Assembly (NCBI GenBank): GCA_951406725.2
Contig: OX597820.1
Coordinates: 100,254,001 to 100,318,000 of the forward strand
DNA: 64,000 nt
Source of the DNA: Octopus vulgaris
Taxonomy: Eukaryota
Reading direction: 5' to 3'
Both the position numbers and the translations under genes were made by a program. A model generated the notes under the pieces. That model did not search any database and had not been told where the DNA came from. It worked only from the letters and a program-made list of their open reading frames with translations. This document shows, piece by piece, positions 25,110-40,129 of the stretch (positions are counted from its first letter, which is position 1; each line of letters starts with the position of its first letter).

Positions 25110-27558
25110 AAGATAGAGGTGGAAATAGCACAGAAGCAAATCAATACATTTCAATTTAAGAGAGAATTTAATAAAAATGATTTTAAAAATCATATAAAGA
25201 AAATATTAGCAGTTTCAATGTCGGATCCAATATCAGTAAAACATTTTAAAACTTTGAAGTAAAAACAGTTTCTCTTCTGTCTGGGAGTCAAGAACATGTC
25301 TGGGAGTTTTTTGTTTAAAGTCTCTTTTAAATATAGTTTGGTATAGCGTTGAAAGTGTTAAAGAGTGATGGAAGGGGTGTCTATTGTCTAAAAGAAGTCT
25401 TTATGTATTCCTGACAAGGTAGTGGCTAAAAAGTATTTATTGAATAGGTTTTATGTCCACTTGTGTGTGTGTCGGGTTGGTGTGTGTGTTTTGACTGTCC
25501 TTTCAATATGTTTGGAAACTGACCAGCTGTGTGTTAATGGGTGTGTATGTTGTGAAGAATGTCTAGTTGAAGAAAGAATTAGGATTTTTCTTTGGGTTAG
25601 TTGTAGTCTTTTGAGTGTCACCACCTGTGTGTATGTGTATAGGGTAACTAGCTGTATATATTTGTGTGGATGTGTTTGTGCGTGTGTGTGAGTGTTTTTG
25701 CAATGTTTTCTTTTGTGTGTAAGTGTATGTGTATTTGTGTGTGTTTGTGTATGTATGTACGTGCGTGTGTGTGTTTGTGTGTGCTGGCATATATGAATAT
25801 TGGAAAAAAGATTTAGGAAACGATGGGAAGTATTTTTCAAAATGATGATAATATGTATAAAATTCTTTTTAAGTGTTTGTTCTTATTTCTTGGTTGTGGT
25901 TGTGTCTATATGTCATTGTGGTTTATACTTATTGATAAATTGTCTTTATCTAATCTTTGTTTATGTTCATGTTTAAAAGAATCTGAGCACTTGTAGAGGG
26001 GAAATATTTTAAAATTGGGTAAGACCATTCCTGCACAGGATGCAATGTCACTTCTTAAAAGAATTTTCCTTGTGCTTTTGTCTCGGATCTGTTGGCGATG
26101 GGTCGTCATTCTGTCGCATAACGATCTGCCCGTGTGACCTATGTAATTATGTTGGCAACCATTGCATGTGATTATGTAGATCAGATTTTCCGTGCTGCAG
26201 GTGAGATTGAACTTGATTTTAAAGGTTTGGCCATCTTTGAATTTAAATTCTGGCCCCTGAATTAGGTAATAACAAGTGCCACAGTTTGCTTTCCCACATT
26301 TTGTGACTGTTGGTTTGGGGGTTTCTTTGTGCGTTTTTGCTCCAGTGAGAATGAGTTTTAGTGTTTTGGGTTGCCTTTTGCTTTTGATGATTTGTTGTTT
26401 TTCTAGGATTTTTCTCATTTTTTTTCTTCTACAAATAAGATGGGGAGGTTTTTATGGATGTGATCAAACATTTCAGTGTTCCTGGAATTGAAGGTTGATA
26501 CGAATGGTAAGACATTTTTCCTTCTTTTGTCTTTTGCATTCCTAAGTTCATTGATATCCATTTGTTTCGCCATGTTTATTCCGTTGCTGACTATGCCAGG
26601 AGGAAAAGCTCTTTGGATAAATATGTCCTTCAGTTCCTCTAGTCATGGATGGTTCTGATACTATGGTACAAATTCGTTTTGCCAGCTTGAAGGGAATATT
26701 GAGTTTGGTGTGTTTCGGGTGACACAATGTGAAAAGAAGGTACTGTTTGGAGTTGGTGGGTTTGTAGAATATGTCCGTTTCTATTTTCCCATGTTGGTTT
26801 TTTATTAGGATATCCAGAAAGGCAAGGTCTTTGGGGTTATTGTCGAGGTGGTTTATCATGTTTTGAATTCAGTTAACTTGTCAATATTTTCCTGCTATAA
26901 AATAAAACAATCATCCAGGTGTCTTTTCCAGTTGTTTCTGAGTTGTGTATAGAACGTGTCACCAAATATTAGAAGATTGGTTGTAGATTTTTTTTTGTTC
27001 ATGGAACCCCATGACTGAGTTGGCGTATGTGGGGGCTACTTTTGTACCCATAACCGTTCCTGATGTTTGCCGATAATCCAAACCGTTGAAGGTAAAAAAA
27101 AAGTGGTTTTCGAATATGAACCTGAGCCCATCAATGATAAATTCTTTTTCTTTGCATGTTGGAAGTTCATATTAGTGAGTGTCTAACCAGTATTGGATTG
27201 CAGTTATTCCATAATCATGGGGAATGTTGGTGCATAGGCTGACAACATCAAATGTCTAGATCATCTCGTATGTAGCACTGTATATGTTTTACGAAGGGTT
27301 GTAGGGTTTTAGGAAGATGTCCAAGAAGTTGCAAAGTCTGTGTGTTTCACATGCCGGGCCTGCTATAATTGGTTTCAATTTTAAATCATCTGGAGGTGCT
27401 AGCTGTATATATTTCTTCGTTGAAGATTTACAGGCATCATTTATCCTTTTGCATTTATGCATTTTAAGTAAACCATAAAAGTCGCTGGATTTCCATTATT
27501 TTTCACTTTTTGCAGTGGATTGCTTTTTCATAATAATTGTTGTCCTCTAGCACTGTGG
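25110..27558 (-). mobile_element. Penelope-like element (RT, Cys-rich linker, GIY-YIG, terminal repeat), 5'-truncated and decayed
   Basis: FLDILI..IETDIFYKPTNSKQYL...HPKH; CGKANCGTC; NLIYIITCNGCQHNYIGHTGRSLCDRMTTHRQQIR; non-coding repeat 25110-25900. Confidence 0.93.
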
Positions 27559-28032
27559 ATGCTACAGGACAAACACGCAAACACACACAAACAACTCTGT
27601 ACACACACGCATACACACAAAAGATAACACTGCAAAAACTGCACACGCAAACACACCCACATATAAACTCACAGACACACACGAAGACACACACATACAC
27701 GCAGGTGACCCCACACACATACATACACTCTTTAACACTTTAACACTTTGAACTCTGTACCAAACTATATTTAAAGAAAACTTCAGTGAAAAATCTCCAG
27801 ACATATTCTTGACCCCCCCCCCACCTCAAACAGAAGAGAAACTGCTTTTTACTCAAAATTTTTGTAAATTTTTACTGATATTTAATAAAAAGAGATACAT
27901 CGTAACCGGTAATACTTTCTTTATATAATTTTTTTAATCCTTTTTATTAAATTGAAATGTTTTAGACTTACCTCCGTGCTATTTTCACCTCCATCTTTAT
28001 ATAAAAATGATTTGTATAGCTCTCTAATGCTT
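27559..28032 (+). mobile_element. Inverted copy of the Penelope terminal repeat at the 5' truncation point
   Basis: Reverse-complement similarity to 25110-25400 and 25600-25760. Confidence 0.8.
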
Positions 28033-28052
28033 TATATATATATATATATATA

Positions 28053-28222
28053 TGGAGAGTTTACGAAAAACACAAAAGACGAAGACAGGTGGTGTACAAA
28101 ACAAACAAATGTATTAGTATAACGCTCAGGAATAGAAAAGACTTTTACGTTTCGAGCCTACGCTCTTCTACAGAAAGGGACACAGAAGAAACAAGGAGGA
28201 AAAAAGTGTGTAGTGGCTAATA
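28053..28222 (-). mobile_element. Penelope terminal repeat (same family as 17230-17435) with variant hammerhead at 28142-28177
   Basis: Minus strand CTTT-CTGTAGA-A-GAGC-gtag-GCTC-GAAAC-GTA-AAAG. Confidence 0.8.
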
Positions 28223-30710
<2,488 letters not shown>

Positions 30711-30713
<3 letters not shown>

Positions 30714-31032
30714 CTACAGGACAAAAACGTACAATCACACAAGCACAACTCTGTACAAACACACATACAAACACACACATACGCAAAAGATAATATTGTG
30801 AAAAAGACACACACATACACTTACACACACACACATACACGCACCTGGTAACGACACACACATACACACAGGTGGTGACACTCAAAAGAATACAACTGAC
30901 CCTAAGAAAGATCCTAAATCTTTCTTCAGCAAGACATTCTTCACAACATAAACACCCATTAGCTCACACCTGATCATTTCCCAAACATATTGAAAAGACA
31001 TTCAACACAATACACACACGCACACACACACA

Positions 31033-31071
<39 letters not shown>

Positions 31072-31492
31072 ACAATCACACACACACAGAGGGAAACATA
31101 AAACCTATTCAATAAATACTTTTTAGCCACTCCCTTGGCAGGAAGACAAATATTTCTTTTAGATAATAAACACCCCTTCACTCACACTTTAACACTTTGA
31201 ACTCTATACCAAACTATATTTAAAGAAGACTTCAGAGAAAATTTTCCACACATATTTTTGACACCACCCCCACCCCCAATCCCGGACAGAAAATAAACTG
31301 CTTTTTACTCCAAATTTTTGCAAATTTTTACTATTTGATAAAATGAGAAACCGCTTATATTTTCTTTATATAATTCTTTAAATCTCTTTTATTAAATTCC
31401 CTCTTAAATTGAAACTTCTTAGACTTACCTCTATGCAATTTCCACCTCCATCTTTTATATGTAAAAATTTGATTTGTATAGCTCTCTAATCA
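30711..31492 (+). mobile_element. Further copy of the Penelope terminal repeat
   Basis: Begins gctacaggacaaa as at 27561; longer match to the reverse complement of 25110-25760. Confidence 0.8.
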
Positions 31493-31577
31493 TGTATATA
31501 TATGTATATATGTGTATATATACATATATATATATTTATGTATATATGTGTGTATATACATATATATATATATATAC

Positions 31578-31649
<72 letters not shown>

Positions 31650-31650
31650 T

Positions 31651-31741
<91 letters not shown>

Positions 31742-31745
31742 ATAT

Positions 31746-33308
31746 GTTAGAGGGAAAATGTCGGAGCCCATTTCAATACAAAATGGAGTGAAACAGGGGG
31801 ACATTCTGGCACCGACCCTATTTTACATATATTTTGCGATGGTCTTCTGTATTGCATTCAGAAACTGCAGATACGGTGTTTACGTCCATTATCGAACCTC
31901 TGGCAGCATATTTAATATCAGGCGCCTTGCTGCAAAAACAACGGTATTTACCTCTATCATAAGAGACCTTTTGTATGCAGATGATTGTGAGATAGCACAC
32001 ACAGAGATTGATATGCAACACATTTTGAATGCATTCTCTGATGCTTGCACTGCCTTAGGATTGACAGTCAATCTCAAGAAAACTGTTGTCATGCATCAAC
32101 CTGCCCCTGGTAAGCAGTATAGTGTACCAAATATCTTTGTGTATGGTAAACGACTTGATGTAGTTGATCATTTTGTCTACCTGGGAAGCACTATTAATAG
32201 ATATAGCAATTTGGATGATGAAATTCCATATAGAATTAGGAAAGCAAGTGCTGCTTTCGGAAGGCTAGAAAAGCGCCTCTGGAGTCGGCGAGACATATGC
32301 AGAAAGACAAAGATAAAGGTGTACAAGGTATGTGTGCTCCCTTCTCTTCTCTATGCCTGCGAGACGTGGGTCACATATCGATACCACCTTAAACAACTGG
32401 ACGTTTCCATCAGATGTGCCTCAGACGGATCTATGGCATTAAGTGGAAGTACTGCATCAGTGATCTTGAAATATTGGAAGGCACTCGGTGTGAAAGTATA
32501 GAAGCTCTTGTGTTAAAGCAAAGGCTCAGATGGAGTGGTCATCTGGTCAGGATGAAGGATTCAAGGATACCAGAACAACTCTTTTATGGAGAGTTAGCTA
32601 AAGGAGAACGACCTCCACATAAACCAAAAAAGAGGCATAAGGACTTGCCGAAGGCTTCCTTAAGAGATGTTTGCATCTCTCCTGACACATGTAAAGGCAT
32701 AGCTATTAATCGTAGCAGGTGGAGAAGGATTGTACATGAGGGGACAGCCACTTTTGAGAAATCTCGAGGTGCACATGAGAAAGTAAGGAGGGATGTCAGG
32801 AAGGGCATCGCTGTTACACTTCCAGAAGGAAAAGTCTTCCTTTGATGCTGACATGCAATGTCTGTGCAAGACCCTGCCTCAGTAAAGCTGGATTCAAGAG
32901 TAATCTTCGTAGTCATAAAGCGAGACAGATGAGTGACAACATGGTTACTGGTGGTGGTGCAACACACCATACTAATCATATCTGTCGGGCATGTGGAAGA
33001 GAGTGTAATTCGGTAGGAGGACTTAAACGACATGCAAAGGTATATGAAGCCCAGTTACAACTACAGCCGGCTATTACCGGTAAAGGTTTTAGTTGCCAAT
33101 TCTGTACAAGACATTGTAGATCTTTAGCTGGGCTAAAAAGTCACATTCGATCACAGCACCAGTAACAGTTAAGCTTCGTGCAATGGCCATACTCGATAAC
33201 GAGGGGGCAGCCATAAGGTATGTATGTATGTATGTATGTATGTATGTATGTATGTATGTATGTATGTATGTATGTATGTATGTATGTATGTATGTATGTA
33301 TGTATGTA
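31746..33308 (+). mobile_element. 5'-truncated RTE-clade LINE: RT C-half, three C2H2-like fingers, 3' UTR, (GTAT)n tail
   Basis: [54 protein letters not shown]; frameshifted. Confidence 0.93.
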
Positions 33309-33339
33309 TAAATATATATAAGGAATTACACCGCTTCAC

Positions 33340-34972
33340 TAATGAAATAATAAAGAAATCTGAATACGAGGATAACTGGTAACCTTTATAACTAGGACTC
33401 TTTAAATATTCTTTCTTCAAGGATCCAAGACTATCTATCTCCATGAAGAATGAGTATAGTAAAGTTGCTACTTTAGACCTCAGTGCAGGGTGATATCATC
33501 CGTCTCACAAGCCAAATCAGAATCTAGATACGTGAGTCGAAATTCCAATCATCCAAAAGCAACTATAAATTCTATTATAAGAACGATTCCCTTTCAATAT
33601 TTAATCTTTCTTAAATACTATAACTTAGCCTTGGATGGAGCTGGCTATAATTTTAAAAGTTATTATATTTCTCACGTGTGATTAAGGAGGCATAAAAATA
33701 TAGAAGTAACAGATGAATAATATAGAGATCACCATAGCAGTGTAAATAAAAATACTAAATAAGGCATGAGTTAGCAAAATGAGTAATAGGGTAAGCCATA
33801 TTAATAGTACAGAAGATGACAAGTAAGATATGTAACCGAAAAAACTGTAATTAATAGAAATAGTGATATGAAAATTGAGAAAAGCAGTGTAAACCTAAAG
33901 AGGAAAAGTTATCGCTAATAAAACCACTATAATATCTAAGTAATTTAAGAATAATTGGAATAATAATAATGATACTGATAGTAGTAATAATAACGATAGT
34001 ATCAATAATATGATGATAATGATATTTCTTATAAAAGAAAGAATAGTAGATATTGTAATGGAAAAAATAAAATGAATGAATCACCAAGCATATTCACTAA
34101 TGACTATACCCATGCAATATAATGGTCTCATATTTTTGCACAAGACCAACAGTTTTGGGAGAAGGTAAGTATTCAACTGGTAAGTATTCAACTAGTACTT
34201 CTTTCATCGACCCCGAAACGATAAAAGGTAAAGCTGACCTTGGCTGAATTTGACAGACGAAATGCCGCTGAGCATTTTGCCCAGCAGGCTTATGATTCTA
34301 CTAGCTCGCAGCCTTACATAGGGATATATATTAGGAAATAGAAACTATAGTAATAAGCACAAATAGCCACTAGTATACCGGGAAAACTTTTTACAGTTCT
34401 GGATAAACACTTCTCATCATCAAGTAAATATGGTAAGTTATTTAATAGATATACGATTAAATTGTCTTATTCAACTAAGAGAAACTTGACTGAAATTATA
34501 CCTGCATAAGATACAAGGTAGTTAAGTATGCTTGTTGAAATGAATTTAGCCAACACCCTTAATAATAATAATATTAACAGTTGTAGCAGTATTAATGATA
34601 TTGTTTGTAATAATGTTAATAACAGTGGAAATGGTAATGAAGATAACAATAATATTGATGGTAATCATAGAGATAGTACTGATCATAATGCTAATAATAA
34701 CAATGTTAAGGAGAATAGTGATAGCAAACTACCTAGTGATAAGCATAATAATCCTGAAACAAACAACTCGAATAGAGAAATCGTGTATATCAGACGTATC
34801 GTCTGTTGATATAAACGAAATTCCTAATTCAGCACCTACCATCGACAACAGATGGAAGTGAATTTTTCCAACGAATAATCACTCAATAACAGGCTAAACT
34901 ATTTATGTAACTTTAAAAATCACATGGAATGTCCATTGGATAACCATGCTTAAGAAAGAACTTAGTATACAG
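33340..34972 (+). mobile_element. Highly decayed Penelope-like remnant
   Basis: RYVSRNSNHPKATINSIIRTIP (33525-33590) and CN..ECPLDNH...NLVY-like linker (34905-34970); interrupted by a SINE A at ~34135-34315. Confidence 0.55.
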
Positions 34973-34989
34973 ATTTTATTATTTTTTAT

Positions 34990-35365
34990 TCTTTTATTTG
35001 TTTCAGTCATTTGACTGCGGCCATGCTGGAGCACCGCCTTGAGTCGAAAAAATCGACCCTGGGTCTTATTTTTGTAAGCCTAATACTTATTCTATCTGTC
35101 TCTTTTGCTGAACCGCTAGTTTACGAGGACGTAAACACACTAGCATCGGTTGTCATGCGATGGTGGGGGACAAACACAGACACACAAACATACACACACA
35201 TATATACATATATATATACGACAGGCTTTTTTCAGTTTCCGTCTACCAAATCCACTCAAAAAGCTTTGGTCAGCCCAGGCTATAGTAGAAGACACTTGCC
35301 CAAGGTACCACGCAGTGGGACTGAACCCGGAACCATGTGGTTAATAAGCAAGTTACTTACCACAA
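34990..35365 (-). mobile_element. SINE family B
   Basis: Colinear with 23893-24912 but with a short internal microsatellite. Confidence 0.9.
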
Positions 35366-35434
35366 CAGGGAAATGAACTAATTTTTATGTAGGTGCTTGC
35401 ACAACTAACTTCAAGCTCAAATTGTATTAGCACA

Positions 35435-35815
35435 CCTTGTTTAAAATTAGATGTCTTGCAAACAACTTGCACATGCAAGTGCTACCAGTCAAAAACTCCG
35501 CATACTGGAAGCCAGCAAGTGTATGGGGTCATCAGGAGAGAATGCGCGCCGTTTCGGAGCCTACCTCTCGACGGCATCAATGCGCACCCACCTCACTGAT
35601 ATGAGGCTCCGCTTGCTAGATCAGCTGGTTATCAAATAAAGCTCAATATCCTTCTAGCCATCGCTCATCGTCTCTTTTTAACCGAATCCAATGGCTAGCC
35701 TTCTCCACTGTAGATTTGATATCGGTCATCGTGGTATTGGCTTTACAATGAGTTAGGCCTAGCGATAACAACAGTCGTCTCACACTGTTTCCAACGAACC
35801 CTTTACATCCAATTT
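35435..35815 (-). mobile_element. 3' end of a HERO-like RLE non-LTR retrotransposon
   Basis: EIGCKGFVGNSVRRLLLSLGL...VEKASHWIRLKRDDERW fits the HERO C-terminal pattern E(V/I)GCRGF...AExASxWxWxKR; structured 3' UTR follows. Confidence 0.75.
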
Positions 35816-36370
35816 CTTTATTAGCCACAAGGGCCCAAACATAGAGGGGAACAATACAGCCTGATTGGGATCAGACACACAATGATTATATGACTTTTAA
35901 AACTTTACAAAATATAATGAAATCGAATGAGATACAACAAGGACGTAATAGAAACATGAGATGAAGCAGAGAGATGGCTTACGCTCCGACCCCACAAGCC
36001 CCATTCTCCTACTGAAACTTTTGTATGCAGACTTATGACATGTTCACGAGGAATCTTTCATTCCCAGCACCCTCGCAACATGCAACCATCTTCCTTTGAA
36101 CAATTTCTTTGACAGGCATCTTCTCTCCAGCCTCACCTTCCTTTTATGGTAGAAGATAAAAAATCTCACCAACCCGAGACCGATTCATTGGTGTAATTCT
36201 GCGATTTATTAACCATGCAAATTAATCGATCCATATTTGGTGGATTAAGAGCTTACAGAGATCGAGAAATTTTGTGCATAGTTAAGAGCATGTGCGAACA
36301 CACACACGCACACACACACACACATACATACACATACACACATACATACACATACACGTTTGTATGTGTG

Positions 36371-36402
<32 letters not shown>

Positions 36403-36407
36403 ATAAA

Positions 36408-36670
36408 GGCGCATGACTCAGCGTTGGGTACACAATCATGAGGTAGTGATTTCGATTCCCAGACCGGGTTGCGTGTTGTGTTCTTGAGCAAGACACTTTA
36501 TTTCACGTTGCTCCAGTTCACTCAGTTGTAGAAATAAGTTGCGACGTCACAGGTGCCAAGCTGTATCGGCCTTTGCTTTTCCTTTGGATAACATCAGTCG
36601 CGTGGAGAGAGGAGGCTGGTATGCATGGCCGACTGCTGATCTTGCATAAACAATCTTGCCCGGGATTGTG
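36408..36670 (+). mobile_element. SINE family D (tRNA-like head, gtgttcttgagcaagacactt core); inverted 3' fragment at 36795-36910
   Basis: B-box ttcgattccc; related diverged copy at 63310-63530. Confidence 0.75.
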
Positions 36671-37199
36671 ATTTTTGCTACCCAGGTATCGGTTATCATT
36701 TGAATAATCCGTAATAAGATAAATCATTTATCTACTTCAATAATATATATATATAGAGAGAGAGAGAGAGGGAGAGAGAGAGAGAGGGAGAGTAAAAGGA
36801 CTCCATTCGGTCATGAAGAACCATGGGATTGCATCTAGAAAGTTCCCCTCCAAAGCACAAGCCCAGGTCAGGTTGTTTAGGGAAGAACAGCAGTTGGCCA
36901 TGCATACTAACCTATTTGTTCTTAACTAGTTTTATGCTTAAGGTTGTAATTACACTTTCAGATAAATGACACAATTAATGTAACAATTATGAGTGTAGGT
37001 AATCTTTAAGCTTAACAGTCAGCCAGACATCCCAGTTGTCAGTAGTCAGCCTCGCAATAGCTATCCTTTTGTTTGTCAGCTTACTAAGAACTAGTGCTGT
37101 ATTCTATTATTGCTCACGTGTGGAGAATTACAGAATCGTGTGTGAATATTATTCACATTTTATTTCATTATTGTAAATGAAAACTTATTTTTCGTTTTT

Positions 37200-37331
37200 G
37201 TTTCCCAACCACATGATTCAGGGTTCAGTCCCTTTGCGTGGCACATTGGGCAAATGTCTTCTACTATAGCCCCAGGCTGACCAAAGTCTTGTGAGTGGAT
37301 TTGGTAGATAGAAACTGAAAGAAGCCAGTCG

Positions 37332-37375
<44 letters not shown>

Positions 37376-37586
37376 GTGTGTGTGTGTCCTCCACCTACCG
37401 CTTGACAAACGGAGCTGGTGTGTTTACGTCCCCGTAACTTTAAGCTTGGTTCGGCAAAAGTGATCGATAGAATAAGTACCAGGCTTTAAAAAAATAAGTA
37501 CTGGGGTCGGTATATTTGGCTGCAAATTCTTCAAGGCAGTGCCCCAGCATGGCCGCAGTCTAATGACTGAGAGAAGTAAAAGAAAA
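37200..37586 (+). mobile_element. SINE family B
   Basis: Colinear with the other family B copies. Confidence 0.88.
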
Positions 37587-37713
37587 TTCCTGAACATATT
37601 ATGAAAATATTTTAAGAATCTTTAAGCGATTTTATTGACTTATCGTTATCTTTAATCGTTATCTTCATGGTAGTACCCCGGCATGGACTGTTGCCATACT
37701 GGGGTACTGCCTT

Positions 37714-38078
37714 GAAAGGTTTAGTCGAACAAATTGATATTAGTACATATTTTTAAGTCAGGTACTTATTTTATCGAAACTTTTGGCCGAACCGCTAAGT
37801 TCACAAGGCACCGGTCTTCCCGGGGTTACGCAAAACCACATAGCTGCAAAGCGAGCATCTGAACAACACAGCCATGGCTGCACATATGTTATGCAAGAAG
37901 GTTTTAGTCAAACAAATCGACCCTGGTACTTATTTTTAAGTCAGGTGCTTATTCGGTCGAATCCCTTAGCCGAACTGCTGAGTTGACAGGACACTGTTCT
38001 GTTTAGGGCTACGCAAAACCTCATAGTTGCAAAGCGAGTATTTGGACAACATAGCCATAGCTGCGCATATGTAAAGCA
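37714..38078. repeat. ~182 bp diverged tandem duplication of SINE B-related sequence
   Basis: aaggtttagtc...tttaagtcaggt...acgcaaaacc...catatgt occurs twice. Confidence 0.8.
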
Positions 38079-38414
38079 AATACAAAGTATATTTTCAGGT
38101 TATAATCGAATAGTAATTATATTAACTACAGAAGGCAAAGTTGAGTCCAATGATATTTGAGTCTAGAACGTAAAAGATTGTAAAAAGAGATAATGATTTC
38201 TCACCCTGACACAGCCTGACAGTTAGTAACTTGACACCGACCATCACTACCACCATCACCACCTTTTCCCTTATACAAGCTTGGTATATATTTTATCGAT
38301 TTGACCTTTGATGTATTTAATACGCCGAGCATGGCTTGACAGAACAGTATTTTGTTAAATTTCAGCTACTTCTGTTTGTAACTGGTTCTACAACTCTCTG
38401 CCTAACAAAAAAGA

Positions 38415-39521
38415 AAAATATATATAATATTGGTTTTAAGTTTCAGAACAAGGCCAGCAATTTCGAGGGAGCGAGTAAGTCGATTACTCGGACCCAGTAC
38501 TCTACTAGCAATTAAATTTATTGGGAAAATGAAAGGCATGGTGGCAGAATTTGAACTCAGCACGTGAAGCTAGTAGAAATGCAATTAAGCATTTCGTTCG
38601 GCATGCTAAAGATTTTGCCAGATTGCCGCCTTAAAGACATAATTTTGGTTTCAAATTTTGTCATTACTCTCTCTTTTACTCTTTTACTTGTTTCAGTCAG
38701 TTGACTGCGGCCATGCTGGAGCACCACCTTTAGTCGAGCAAATCGACCCCGGGACTTATTCTTTGTAAGCCCAGTACTTATTCTATCGGTCTCTTTTGCC
38801 GAACCGCTAAGTGACGGGGACATAAACACACCAGCATCGGTTGTCAAGCAATGCTAGGGTGACAAACGCAGACACACTAACACACACACACACATATATA
38901 TATATACATATTTGCGACGGGCTTCTTTCAGTTTCCGTCTACCAAATCCACTCACAAGGCTTTGGTCGGCCTGAGGCTATAGTAGAAGACACTTGCCCTA
39001 GATGCCACGCAGTGGGACTGAACCCGGAACCATGTGGTTGGGCCAGAAATTTTGTCGATTACATCCACCCCAGTTCTCAAATGATACTTAATTTATCAAC
39101 CTCGAAAGGACGAAATGCAAAGTCGACCGCGGCGGAAATTCGAACTCAGAACATAAAGACAGACGAAATGCCGTTAAACATTTTGCCCGGCATGCTAACG
39201 ATTCTGCGAGCTTGTCGTTTCAAAGAAAAATATAATAGTGATTTCAGATTTTGATGCAAGGCCCGAAATGTTTGGGTAGGAGGCCAGTCGATTAGATCGA
39301 CCTCCGTATGTAACTGGTACTTAATTTATCGACCCCGAAAGGATGAAAGGCAAAGTCGACCTCGATGGAATTTGAACTCAGAACGTAGCGGCAGACGAAA
39401 TACCGCGAAGCATTTCCCCCAGCGTGCTAACGTTTCTGCCAGCTCGCCGCCTTAGAAAAATATAATATTGATTTCACATTTTGACACAAAGCCAGCAATT
39501 TCTGGAAAGAGGTAAGTCGAT
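38415..39521 (-). mobile_element. Head-to-tail array of SINE family A units with a nested SINE B (38670-39040)
   Basis: Units of ~220-230 bp start near 38415, 38636, 39225 and 39456 on + with aatataat...ttt..acaaggcc. Confidence 0.8.
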
Positions 39522-40129
39522 CCTGCGCCACAACTGCCCATCTGACGTCGACTGCTCCGACGACGACAGCTCCGAGTAGCTAATGTCTTCGTCCGACATC
39601 GTGTATTCTAGGCCTACCCTCCTCTATGAGGAGGGAAAGCACCTGCCGCAAGGCAGTACAAACAATTCACAAAATGTTCAAGGAACACTAACACAAAATG
39701 ACAACAGTAAAGTAACGGTAATATAACAGCAGCAAAATAACACAATTGTAACTCACATTATCGACGACCAACAACGAATGTTCGAAGAAATTTTCTTATA
39801 ATTTCGATTTCTGAAGTTTATTGAAATTTTTAATTCCAATTTTTCGCAAATTTAAATATTCATTGTATTCACTGCGTCCAATTCTTCATAAATTTAAATA
39901 TTTGTTGCATTTCCTGCGAGGTATTCCATTTCCATTTACAAAGTCTCTTACTTTCTCTTTTAACGTTTTCATTTCAAGTTTTAATTCGTTATTTGGAAAA
40001 CCAACAGTTTATTCTATTAATGTATACGTAATGTAAAAATATTATTGATTGAATGGAAATCTTTTTAAATACCTGTATGATTTTTGTAAAAAAAAATTTA
40101 AAGTGATTTTATTGTTATGGCTGCTTGGA

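Noticed and set aside
39521-39670. HDV-like ribozyme or LINE 5' end on the minus strand (hairpins then MSDEDISYSE...)
   Set aside because: Two hairpins are visible but I could not build the nested double pseudoknot; the ORF is too short to classify.
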